Shown here in pieces: positions 17,137 to 25,103 of a DNA stretch of 35,571 nt. The stretch comes from an uncultured virus (IMG/VR IMGVR_UViG_3300027732_000002). Lineage: Duplodnaviria; Heunggongvirae; Uroviricota; Caudoviricetes. How positions within the stretch are numbered: position 1 is the first letter of the stretch; each line of letters starts with the position of its first letter. The stretch is from the IMG/VR virus record IMGVR_UViG_3300027732_000002. One strand, written 5' to 3'. The position numbers and the translations under genes are program-made. A model generated the notes under the pieces. That model made no database searches and was not told where the DNA came from. It saw only the letters and a list, made by a program, of their open reading frames with translations.

Positions 17137-17431
17137 TTCGTTCTGCCTTTAAGTCATGTTGTTTTAGCAAAGCCTCAATAGCATGGATCAAATAATGTTC
17201 CCGTTCTGAGATTTCAAAGATGCCGTCACCTAGTGGATCTGCTTGATACACAAGTGTACCGCCCACATCGGGATAAACAACAGTAAAATGACCATGCCGA
17301 AGCCTAAGATAACCAATTTGTGTTCCTTCTAGGAACACATCATACTGTTCTGGACAGGCGTAACACGTCATTAGGAGATCACACCCCATAATGCTTAAGT
17401 GATTATGAACGCCTTCGCTGTCTTCAAACAT
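17123..17431 (-). CDS. Hypothetical protein (ACPEQYDV..GYLRLRHG type)
   Basis: AAGGA RBS; motif I recognise from phage hypotheticals. Confidence 0.75.
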   Translation of the reverse strand: MFEDSEGVHNHLSIMGCDLLMTCYACPEQYDVFLEGTQIGYLRLRHGHFTVVYPDVGGTLVYQADPLGDGIFEISEREHYLIHAIEALLKQHDLKAERNGSN

Positions 17432-17449
17432 TTTGGTTCCTTATTCTAA

Positions 17450-17526
17450 TGGCAGGGGATGATGGACTCGAACCACCGAAATGTCAGAATCAAAATCTGA
17501 TGCCTTACCAACTTGGCGAATCCCCT
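17450..17526 (-). tRNA. tRNA-Gln(TTG)
   Basis: TCAGA-TTTTGAT-TCTGA anticodon arm, G73, CCA. Confidence 0.92.
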
Positions 17527-17679
17527 ATAGTTAATAGCATAAGTCTGTGGGGGGCTGCAACCCACCACCTTGCACATTGCAGTATGCCACAAATCATACC
17601 ATTTATTGTAGATATTTGTGCTTATGCTATTAACTATAGGGGCTATGGCCGAAGCCATAGCCGTTCGATCTAAGTAATT

Positions 17680-17708
17680 ATTATATCAAATTAGTGAGAT
17701 AAACTCAA
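17680..17708 (-). promoter_or_regulatory. sigma70-type promoter
   Basis: TTGAGT-17-TATAAT. Confidence 0.7.
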
Positions 17709-17712
17709 GTGA

Positions 17713-17928
17713 TTATTTTAAACGGTCTGAGAATAACTGAAAAATCCAAGCGCCCATTGAAACTACAGCGGAACCTAGTACCATGATACCCCAGCGTAGA
17801 GCGTTGTTACGGTCTTGTTCTAGAGCTGCGATCTTCATCGCATCTTGATCTTGACGTTCTTCTAAAGAGTTGATCTTTTCCTGTAGCACAGCGATGATAA
17901 CCGCCGTCTGTGTGTTGGAATCATCCAT
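17713..17928 (-). CDS. Coiled-coil protein with C-terminal TM helix (XhlA/holin-like architecture)
   Basis: AAGGA RBS; heptad-like N-terminus and WGIMVLGSAVVSMGAWIF. Confidence 0.7.
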   Translation of the reverse strand: MDDSNTQTAVIIAVLQEKINSLEERQDQDAMKIAALEQDRNNALRWGIMVLGSAVVSMGAWIFQLFSDRLK

Positions 17929-17982
17929 GATTAGTCCTTTATTTTAGGTCATAATTCTCTATTTTAGTTAAGAGTTAAAGAT

Positions 17983-18017
17983 AAAAAATCACTATAACCA
18001 GAATTGGTTATAGTGAT
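17983..18017 (-). terminator. Rho-independent terminator
   Basis: ATCACTATAACCA/TGGTTATAGTGAT stem plus T tail on the minus strand. Confidence 0.65.
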
Positions 18018-18178
18018 GAAAGTTGGGGGTCAGCAGGAGCTTCTTCTACTGTGCTATCTGGGGCTGTATCTTTTGGTTTATCTATACCAAAGATACAATC
18101 CCAGCGTGTTGCGTACTCTTCGTTTGTAACGCTAAATGGTCTTGGTGTTGAACCTTTTCCGCCGTCGCTCATAGTCAT
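18008..18178 (-). CDS. Small phage protein (MSDGGKGSxPRPFSV..WDxIFG type)
   Basis: Read manually; ATGA coupling to the phosphoesterase gene. Confidence 0.65.
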   Translation of the reverse strand: MTMSDGGKGSTPRPFSVTNEEYATRWDCIFGIDKPKDTAPDSTVEEAPADPQLSSL

Positions 18179-18954
18179 ACCTCTAAAAACTTTGTGCTAT
18201 AGTTATTATGTTCTGTGCGGCAGGTTTCACGGCCATAACCAGCAGGATTGGCTACCACTCTAGTATTACCCAGCATAGTATCAATAGTATCGTGAGTGTG
18301 CCCATGGATCCAGTAGTTTGCTTTTTCTACAACATGATCCGAGTCGCTAGCAAAGCCACCATTGTGAACAGTGCCAAAACGTGGATGACAAATCTTGTAG
18401 CTAGGAAGATGATGAGTTATAACAACAGTTTTATTCTTACTGATATTTAGTCTGTCGTTTACTTCGTTCATTTGCCAGCGATGAATAACTTGCATATCGC
18501 TAACCTTGAACACGCGGTGGTCAAAAGTAATGTAGCGAAAGTCGCTTACTGCTGTAGCAACACACATTTCTTCTTGGTAAGTGCGACCACCATCTGCCCA
18601 GCCTGTGCAGAATATGAAGTCCACACGACCAATGGTACAATACTCTACAGTACCAGCAGCACAGTAAGTGTTTGACAGTTCTGCACGACAAAGGGTACGA
18701 AAGACCCTATTCCAGTGACACATTTCTGAACCGTAATATTCGTGGTTTCCAGGAACATAAATTACCTTTACGAAGCGTGACTCAACTTGTTTGATAAAGT
18801 CCACGAGAACCACCATCTTGCTGCAAATGTCCCCAGCAAGCACTAACACTGACGACGAATCGCGTGGGTCTGGCGGCAAAAACTTGGACTCTTGGGCTTC
18901 TGGTATGCTCAAAAAACCCTCAAGATGAAGGTCGCTACAGTATCTAATCAGCAT
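18175..18954 (-). CDS. Calcineurin-like metallophosphoesterase
   Basis: SDLH, AGDI, GNHE, THH, HGHTH; GGAGG RBS before MLIRY. Confidence 0.92.
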   Translation of the reverse strand: MLIRYCSDLHLEGFLSIPEAQESKFLPPDPRDSSSVLVLAGDICSKMVVLVDFIKQVESRFVKVIYVPGNHEYYGSEMCHWNRVFRTLCRAELSNTYCAAGTVEYCTIGRVDFIFCTGWADGGRTYQEEMCVATAVSDFRYITFDHRVFKVSDMQVIHRWQMNEVNDRLNISKNKTVVITHHLPSYKICHPRFGTVHNGGFASDSDHVVEKANYWIHGHTHDTIDTMLGNTRVVANPAGYGRETCRTEHNNYSTKFLEV

Positions 18955-19063
18955 GATTTCCTCCATTATAAAATACTACAAACAAGGCGTTTCTTGGTTG
19001 AGGCTAATAATTATGCGTCGGTTGGAAGAATATATCCTTTGACGTCTATAGTATTTTATAATG

Positions 19064-19215
19064 GAACACATTAGGGTGTTATCTGATCTATTTAGGAGTC
19101 CGGTGCGTCCGTTCCATAGCGACTAATCAGTTATATCAGGACGCGTTCCTCGCCAGTTGCGCCCGAGTAGTTACTACGTCTAGTAACGTTACCTTGATAA
19201 CACCCTAATGTATTC
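19064..19215 (-). ncRNA. Candidate structured ncRNA with pseudoknot
   Basis: 16-bp perfect closing stem; GGGCGC/GCGTCC hairpin whose loop TGGCGA can pair with downstream TCGCTA. Confidence 0.5.
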
Positions 19216-19285
19216 AATTAAAAGCCGGTTACGGTTCCGGCGGCGGGATCACTGGTGGTAGTGCTTTCGCCCGTTTTGAATATCT

Positions 19286-19314
19286 ATTATACCCTAAACA
19301 GCATTGGATTTCAA
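19286..19314 (-). promoter_or_regulatory. sigma70-type promoter
   Basis: TTGAAA-17-TATAAT. Confidence 0.75.
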
Positions 19315-19321
19315 GTGTGTT

Positions 19322-19912
19322 TTAAGTATTGGCCTGCTGAAAGGCCTCGGAAAAGCCACGTGGTGTCATAGATCGTAGTTCTTTAGTACGCTCTGACTTA
19401 CCCCCATACCGCATGATGGGTGAGTTGCCCAAGCTAGGTTCTACTGGACGCTTTTCTGGGCGATTGAACACACCCCAGAGTCCTGTTTTCTTGGTATAGG
19501 CTTCAACACTAGGATCCTGCAGCCAACCAGCAAACTCACATGGATTAAAGTACCAGGGTACACCAATCCTGGGTCGTAATTTTGGTAGTCGACCAACAGG
19601 GTTTTCAAGTGCCCAGAACGTGGGGTTGTAGTAGTCTACCAGCTCTAACACTTTGTCTACTAATTTAAGGCTGGCCTCAGTGCGCCCGTCTGAATCTTTC
19701 ACACCCCAGTACTGTGCACCCGACCCTGCAAAGTCTGTGCAAGGGGGAGCAGCTAGTATGCCGTAGACTTCATCAAATGGCATATCACTTGGTTGGAGGT
19801 CGAGTATGTCAATCCCTAGTTTAATGTCTACACGGAATACATTGTATCCACGACTATGGTAGGGGTCAGACCAACGCCCGCTGTAGTCAAATAAACTAAG
19901 GATTGTTTTCAT
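19322..19912 (-). CDS. Short DNA cytosine-5 methyltransferase-like protein
   Basis: LSLFDYSG (motif I-like), APPCTDF (catalytic PC), WALENP (motif VI-like). Confidence 0.8.
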   Translation of the reverse strand: MKTILSLFDYSGRWSDPYHSRGYNVFRVDIKLGIDILDLQPSDMPFDEVYGILAAPPCTDFAGSGAQYWGVKDSDGRTEASLKLVDKVLELVDYYNPTFWALENPVGRLPKLRPRIGVPWYFNPCEFAGWLQDPSVEAYTKKTGLWGVFNRPEKRPVEPSLGNSPIMRYGGKSERTKELRSMTPRGFSEAFQQANT

Positions 19913-20901
19913 AGGGTTTCTAAGAACTTACGGCTGGCTAGATTCTTCATCTTTGACTCTAGCATAATGTCAGCGTACGGCATGAAAGTGCGCGCGTAGT
20001 CGTTTAGTGGACGATTCCAGTACATATCAGAGTGTGCACGAAGTTTAGCTCTAGTAAAGCCAGCAGCCATGAGTTGATTTCGATTAGGCAACTCGTCTGG
20101 GGAATGGTCTACTAACACGTCTTCCCGAGAGCAGCTGTAGTGAATTACTGGGCGTACACCGCGCCATGACTCCTGAACAATTTCGTAGTCACGAACATCG
20201 AAGTATTCACCTTCCCTAATATTATGATGATGAATGTCTAGAACCAGAGCAACATGTTTGCTTAGCACTAGACTGTCTTCGATGCCCCACTTGAACTCGT
20301 CGTTTTCTATTGTTAGAATGTTGCGTGCTTCGGGCGACAATCGGTTCAACACGGCTAGAATACCTTGTGGGCCTAGCTTGCCGCCGATGTGTACGTTGCA
20401 TTTAAAGTCTTGAAACTTGCGAGCAAAACCCATGTAGCGGGCTAGGTCAGCATGGTACTCGAATTCCTGAATGGAGTTTTCCACAACATTAGGATTTTCA
20501 CTGGCTAACACGCAAAACTGGCCGGGGTGGAATGATAAACGAATGTCATGGAGACTGGCTAGCTCGCCGACCTTGATTAGGTTGGTTTCTAGGTACTGGA
20601 TAACGTCAGGTTGTTTGTAGAACCAGTCCCAGTCTGCATGAGTGTACGCGGTGAGGATCTCCGACCCCATACGAAACATACGCTGGTTTGGGGGAAGCAG
20701 TGCAACCCATAGCATCTGACGCTGTAGGATACCTACGTTAGTACGCATGAGCTCCCATAGCCGATCAACTGCCTTGTCTTTCGTCTGATTATTAAGCCAG
20801 GTAATTGTCGTCGATGTAGTGTTTAGCCCTTTGAGGTTAACACCGCTGTCGTCTACAATTTTGCAAGCAAAGCCGATTCGCTGCAGTTTAGGGTCAAACA
20901 T
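19909..20901 (-). CDS. uvsE: UV damage endonuclease (UVDE)
   Basis: RIGFAC, FRMGS, RLSFHPGQFCVLAS, TIENDE, VLDIHH, HYS, RAHSD, MLESK. Confidence 0.93.
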   Translation of the reverse strand: MFDPKLQRIGFACKIVDDSGVNLKGLNTTSTTITWLNNQTKDKAVDRLWELMRTNVGILQRQMLWVALLPPNQRMFRMGSEILTAYTHADWDWFYKQPDVIQYLETNLIKVGELASLHDIRLSFHPGQFCVLASENPNVVENSIQEFEYHADLARYMGFARKFQDFKCNVHIGGKLGPQGILAVLNRLSPEARNILTIENDEFKWGIEDSLVLSKHVALVLDIHHHNIREGEYFDVRDYEIVQESWRGVRPVIHYSCSREDVLVDHSPDELPNRNQLMAAGFTRAKLRAHSDMYWNRPLNDYARTFMPYADIMLESKMKNLASRKFLETL

Positions 20902-20902
20902 A

Positions 20903-21226
20903 TTAGGCTACGAAAGTTTTAAGATGTTCTGGGTAGCAAACACACTCATAGCCGTCATACTCCTCAATATAGAAGGTACGGCCTGTGGCAACCCACTCTA
21001 CCACAAGATTGTATGGGATGCAGTAAAAATCTGGGTACTTGGTCTTGCAGTACTCAATGACTTCTTGTTCCCAGCCGTCAACCTTGCTCATCACAATGTT
21101 TACAATTGCTGAGTCAAATAACAGATTCTCACGATCTTCTGGAAGACAGCAGGTCGACCAGCCAATGCCGTGGTCTTCGTTTACTAGAACGGCTACATCA
21201 CCGAATTCGTTAACAAATTTGTTCAT
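20903..21226 (-). CDS. Hypothetical protein (VAVL...GxGWST type)
   Basis: 107 aa ORF with a recurrent phage motif. Confidence 0.75.
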   Translation of the reverse strand: MNKFVNEFGDVAVLVNEDHGIGWSTCCLPEDRENLLFDSAIVNIVMSKVDGWEQEVIEYCKTKYPDFYCIPYNLVVEWVATGRTFYIEEYDGYECVCYPEHLKTFVA

Positions 21227-21328
21227 TGTGTGCTTTTATTTGCTGAAGTAAAGAAAGGCTACAAGTGCCATAAACATAATTAAAAAGAATAGTGGTAACA
21301 TTTTATGTTTTAGTTTAGTTAAAGAATT

Positions 21329-21357
21329 ATTATAGTATATTAAACCCACAAAATCAA
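21329..21357 (-). promoter_or_regulatory. sigma70-type promoter
   Basis: TTGATT-17-TATAAT. Confidence 0.7.
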
Positions 21358-21365
21358 GTGTGGAT

Positions 21366-21635
21366 TTACCAATAGTATTTGTGTGGTTTGTTGCTAACGT
21401 TAGGCGGATCAACATCATCAAGGTCTTCTACTTTGGCTTTGACAATGTCGTGTTCCCAGATCGTGCAACGAGCACGAATAGGTTTTGTGTGGTAAAGATG
21501 GTTCCACCAGCTAGGGGTAGCCTGAACCCAGTGCCACTCATTGTCACGATACTTAGGTACTTTAGGCTTGTCCCCAGTATCCCAGTAGTTTCCATATAAT
21601 AGATCTGTTGGTTTGTCTTTTGTTGTTCTCGACAT
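21366..21635 (-). CDS. Hypothetical protein
   Basis: MSRTTKDKP...TPSWWNHLYH...KPHKYYW. Confidence 0.7.
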   Translation of the reverse strand: MSRTTKDKPTDLLYGNYWDTGDKPKVPKYRDNEWHWVQATPSWWNHLYHTKPIRARCTIWEHDIVKAKVEDLDDVDPPNVSNKPHKYYW

Positions 21636-21640
21636 AGTAA

Positions 21641-21799
21641 TCACCAATGATGTATAATTCCAATTACGATTGTGATGTTCGTTATTAGATAGGTAAGAAC
21701 AATCACACTGCGAACTAGAGCAACCCTGTCAGCTACTCTGCTATTGTCATGAGCCTTATCACCTAAGGCCTTCTTCCAAATATAAATTAGATTTCCCAT
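21641..21799 (-). CDS. Small membrane protein (WxKALGxKA..ADxVA..R type)
   Basis: C-terminal TM segment; motif I recognise from aquatic phages. Confidence 0.65.
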   Translation of the reverse strand: MGNLIYIWKKALGDKAHDNSRVADRVALVRSVIVLTYLITNITIVIGIIHHW

Positions 21800-21881
21800 A
21801 ATATAAAATACTCCATACTTTATATTATAAGCGCTATGCATTTACAGTGCTAGCGAACCCGTCTGCTTCCCATCCCTGGGG

Positions 21882-22079
21882 TTAAATAGTTTCTTTGTAT
21901 CGTTTGATTACGTCGGCATCTAGTGATGCATAAACACGGAACTTGTCGCGACCTACTTTGTCATAAAAAGTATTAGCCATGATCTCTAAAGACTCCATCT
22001 GCTCTAGTGTAATAATGTTACAATTAACAAACTTGTCTAGGAACGCGTTAACTAGAAACTCTTTAGTATACCCGGCCAT
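21882..22079 (-). CDS. Hypothetical protein
   Basis: MAGYTKEFLVNAF; TAATG coupling. Confidence 0.65.
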   Translation of the reverse strand: MAGYTKEFLVNAFLDKFVNCNIITLEQMESLEIMANTFYDKVGRDKFRVYASLDADVIKRYKETI

Positions 22080-22300
22080 TACCAACTCCCGAAGTGTTCT
22101 TTAGTGGGACGTTCAAGATGGTATGCATTGATACCATCAATCATGACTAACTTTTCTTGCGTAGCTAGTACCTCGTATACCACAAGGTCGCCGAACAGCC
22201 TCCAGTCAAAGTCACCAATGTACTCACGGTCAGTAGCATGGTCTTTACGAAGACCCGCTAGCTTAGCCAGTCTCAACATATTCAAATTATCGTTCATCAT
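22079..22300 (-). CDS. Hypothetical protein
   Basis: 73 aa ORF behind a promoter. Confidence 0.65.
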   Translation of the reverse strand: MMNDNLNMLRLAKLAGLRKDHATDREYIGDFDWRLFGDLVVYEVLATQEKLVMIDGINAYHLERPTKEHFGSW

Positions 22301-22318
22301 ACGCCCTTTCTAATATTT

Positions 22319-22347
22319 ATTATACAAGAAAGAGATTACAAAATCAA
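22319..22347 (-). promoter_or_regulatory. sigma70-type promoter
   Basis: TTGATT-17-TATAAT. Confidence 0.7.
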
Positions 22348-22541
22348 TCAAGAATTTCGTAATCTGTAATGTCACCATGGAGGGACTGTTCAAACAACTC
22401 TGCAGTAACGCTATCTACTTCATAGCCATCCGCTAAGAAGTAGTCGTAGGCACTCTCAATAGCGTCTTTATCAAAGGGAGCTACAGACACACATTGATAC
22501 CATTCACCATCAATCAGGTTAATAGTTACTACCCAGTTCAT
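22344..22541 (-). CDS. Hypothetical acidic protein
   Basis: ATGA coupling to dps. Confidence 0.65.
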   Translation of the reverse strand: MNWVVTINLIDGEWYQCVSVAPFDKDAIESAYDYFLADGYEVDSVTAELFEQSLHGDITDYEILD

Positions 22542-22975
22542 TGATTGGCCTTTAGTATCGAACGAATCATCCAGTTGTGCTTTTCGTACGCATCAATACG
22601 TTCTGCGATGAAGTTGGAGATCCCTTGCTTGTTTTCTGCAGCAGCGCTATCAAAGCAAACATCAAGTTGTTCAAGTACTTGTTCAATGTCGCTGTAGAGT
22701 TGTGTCATCATTTCTGTTGGCAGTAGTGGTAGTGGCTCGTCCTGTAATACCGATAGGGTTTGCATTGCCTTTAAACCCCCAGGTGCGTATGCATTTAAGG
22801 TACGAATGTATTCCGCAGTACGATCAATACTGCTATAAACCTCACCATAAAGGTTGCCCAAGAATTCGTGGTACTGTGGAAAGTTTGAACCCTCAACATT
22901 CCAATGAAATCCAGCGGCTTTTGTAAAGAGGGTGAAGGCTGTGCCTAAGTGTGTTTTTAAGTCATCAACTAACAT
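22538..22975 (-). CDS. dps: Dps-family ferritin-like DNA protection protein
   Basis: FHWNVEG..F..YHEFL..LY....D..AE.IR and KHNWMIRS. Confidence 0.92.
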   Translation of the reverse strand: MLVDDLKTHLGTAFTLFTKAAGFHWNVEGSNFPQYHEFLGNLYGEVYSSIDRTAEYIRTLNAYAPGGLKAMQTLSVLQDEPLPLLPTEMMTQLYSDIEQVLEQLDVCFDSAAAENKQGISNFIAERIDAYEKHNWMIRSILKANQ

Positions 22976-22987
22976 AATTTATCCTTG

Positions 22988-23062
22988 TGGTGCGGCCGAG
23001 AGGAATCGAACCCCTGTTCTAGAGGTAGAAGCTCTATGTATTATCCGTTATACGACGGCCAC
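22988..23062 (-). tRNA. tRNA-Arg(TCT)
   Basis: TAGAG-CTTCTAC-CTCTA anticodon arm, CCA. Confidence 0.9.
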
Positions 23063-23065
23063 ATA

Positions 23066-23272
23066 TCATAATCCTACAAATCTAACACATATTGTGCAGA
23101 TTACATCATTGTCTAGATCGCGTACAAGTCTGCCCGTACGTTCCCAGATGCCACAATGTGCACACTGGGTTAGGTTAGGGGTCTCGGCTAGTTCTAAGTC
23201 AAGGCCCAAGTCTTCGCACGCTGTGTGTAGGGAAGTATAGCGGCGGTATAGTTCTTCTTCTAGACGATTCAA
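23066..23272 (-). CDS. Small zinc-finger-like protein
   Basis: CAHC...CTIC. Confidence 0.65.
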   Translation of the reverse strand: MNRLEEELYRRYTSLHTACEDLGLDLELAETPNLTQCAHCGIWERTGRLVRDLDNDVICTICVRFVGL

Positions 23273-23871
23273 AGTACTTCTCGGTCATCATTGTTGTACC
23301 GAGCGTTGTACTTGTTGTAGTAGATTAGAAAGATCACATTGCAGCCCATGTGACTCAGATGTGACAACCCAGACTCGGGGTCTAGGTCTTCCCCACGGGC
23401 CCAGGAAAATGTGTGACGTAGCAGGCTGCTCAACACTCGCGTCCAGCTAAAACCAGTACCATCACGCCAGTTGTGAGCACTGTATTTTTTAGCACCAAAC
23501 TCTAGGACCTTGTTGATTTCCTCTACACACTCCCACGGCATTAACGACCAGTCGGTTTTGCCGGCATCAGCTCGAACAGGAAGCGTTGATTCCACGGTTG
23601 TGCGTGGTAGTGCTTGATGACGCCAGTCTTCCGGCTCTTCCATAATTGGAAATAGTATTGATTTAGGGTCGGGCGGAGGAGAATCAGTTCCGTTGCATAC
23701 AGCCCATAAACGTTCAGTAGTAGCATACGCACTAGTATCTACTGAGCCCTGTGGGGCAAACATATATTGATCTGCATGCCTGCGACCAAACAAGGCTTCT
23801 TCTTTTTGTTCCGCTTGATAATCATCGTAGTTTTTAGGAGTAGGACTGTATCCGGTACTATAGGTTGTCAT
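23269..23871 (-). CDS. dATP/dGTP diphosphohydrolase-domain protein (DUF5664-like)
   Basis: DAGK..WSL.P, VLEFGAKKY..HNW, SLLRH..W..GEDLDPESGLSHLSH. Confidence 0.85.
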   Translation of the reverse strand: MTTYSTGYSPTPKNYDDYQAEQKEEALFGRRHADQYMFAPQGSVDTSAYATTERLWAVCNGTDSPPPDPKSILFPIMEEPEDWRHQALPRTTVESTLPVRADAGKTDWSLMPWECVEEINKVLEFGAKKYSAHNWRDGTGFSWTRVLSSLLRHTFSWARGEDLDPESGLSHLSHMGCNVIFLIYYNKYNARYNNDDREVL

Positions 23872-24116
23872 GGTTAGTTGGTTAGGTTGATAGGGATGTG
23901 GGGTTTTGCACCCCACCGAGTTAGGCAGTATTACCCTCTGCTGTAGTTTGGGTCACCCCATAGTTAGCACGATGGATGCTATAACATCACTTACACGGCA
24001 TGCAGCTAAAGCGTGCGCACAGTTTATAGGCTGTGTATTGAGTTAGCTTGACTACGCTTTGGTTGGTTCTTGCTGTTACGCTGTTCGAGGCAAACGCGAA
24101 ACCCCCGAGAACTATA

Positions 24117-24208
24117 ATTATAGCACTAACAGCCCTTGAGATCAAGTGTGTTTTTAGTCGCAGCATTAAAAAAATAATCTTGTGCGGGATTACCCATCAT
24201 GCTATAAT
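24117..24208. promoter_or_regulatory. Divergent sigma70 promoter pair at the strand switch
   Basis: Minus: TTGATC(24145)-17-TATAAT(24117). Plus: TTGTGC(24180)-17-TATAAT(24203-24208) with an extended -10. Confidence 0.7.
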
Positions 24209-24234
24209 AGATATTCGAAAGGGCAATTTGAACA

Positions 24235-24546
24235 ATGAAATTTAATGATCCAACCCCTCACTATACAACTCAGCCCGACGGCACACAGACTGTTGAGTGG
24301 CTGCCGCCTACCGCGCTACAGCAGACTGCGCAGCGTGAAGTAGAGAAACTACATGAGGTCATTGGCGGTCAGACCCGCACTATGCAGACCATGCAGGAAC
24401 ACATCAACTATCTAGAACACCATATCAACAACCTACAGGCTCACATAAATGAACTCAATACAGCCAAAACTACCGACGGATCAGGAGCTGATTCAGGGAG
24501 CACAGATACGATTAGTGACAGTGCTGGAAAGCCTGAAACATCGTGA
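24235..24546 (+). CDS. Hypothetical coiled-coil protein
   Basis: First ORF after the plus promoter. Confidence 0.7.
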   Translation: MKFNDPTPHYTTQPDGTQTVEWLPPTALQQTAQREVEKLHEVIGGQTRTMQTMQEHINYLEHHINNLQAHINELNTAKTTDGSGADSGSTDTISDSAGKPETS

Positions 24547-24697
24547 GCTAGAGGTTGAAAGCCTTCGTGAACACGTATATCGACTAGCTAGCCAGCTTTA
24601 CGCTGCTGAAGCCCTGCTAAAACTGTGTAGCAAGGTAATTCCTCTACACTACTCGATGACACACAACTCAATTAACAACTACTTCCAACAACCATGA
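24449..24697 (+). CDS. Hypothetical protein
   Basis: Overlaps the previous gene; ATGA coupling to the next. Confidence 0.55.
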   Translation: MNSIQPKLPTDQELIQGAQIRLVTVLESLKHRELEVESLREHVYRLASQLYAAEALLKLCSKVIPLHYSMTHNSINNYFQQP

Positions 24698-24837
24698 AGA
24701 TTATCGACACACCTGAGTGGTGGTACCACGATGATAGCCAAGAGCTGGATGAGTACCACTGCCATCACCGCAACCTGTACGAAGACTGTGAAGAATGTGA
24801 GATCGAAGAAAATCCTAATACGGAGCATCAAGAATGA
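24694..24837 (+). CDS. Small acidic His/Cys-rich protein (47 aa, not in ORF track)
   Basis: Read manually: MKIIDTPEWWYHDD...CHHRNLYEDCEEC; ATGA coupling at both ends. Confidence 0.55.
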   Translation: MKIIDTPEWWYHDDSQELDEYHCHHRNLYEDCEECEIEENPNTEHQE

Positions 24838-25103
24838 ATATGGTTACTAAGCCACAAGATCTCTTTGAGGAGGTCTACAGCACTTATCCAGTAGGCACTA
24901 CCCGCACTAAGGAAATGTTGCGTTACTTTTTCATGTTAGGATATGCTCAGGCTGCAGATGATGCTGTGGACTTAATGAGTGATTTTGCTGCTGGAGTAGC
25001 AGGCTGTGCTGCCCACATCTACCGTCCCGAAGACATTTATGACGGTGTTGAACACGACCTACGTAACTTTTTTACGAAGCAAATTGGAGAAGTAAATGCC
25101 TAA
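24834..25103 (+). CDS. Hypothetical protein
   Basis: GGAG RBS, coupled operon. Confidence 0.7.
   Translation: MNMVTKPQDLFEEVYSTYPVGTTRTKEMLRYFFMLGYAQAADDAVDLMSDFAAGVAGCAAHIYRPEDIYDGVEHDLRNFFTKQIGEVNA

Noticed and set aside
17446..17673. ORFs 17446-17658 (-) and 17449-17673 (+)
   Set aside because: They overlap tRNA-Gln and a 22-bp inverted repeat, so they are artefacts of RNA structure.
305..23240. Other short plus-strand ORFs in the ORF track over 0-23 kb
   Set aside because: They are shadows of well-supported minus-strand genes or tRNAs.
23269..23871. Evidence for a Z-base or deazaguanine-modified genome
   Set aside because: The diphosphohydrolase domain is widespread on its own, and no purZ, dpdA or queuosine-pathway genes are visible in this window.
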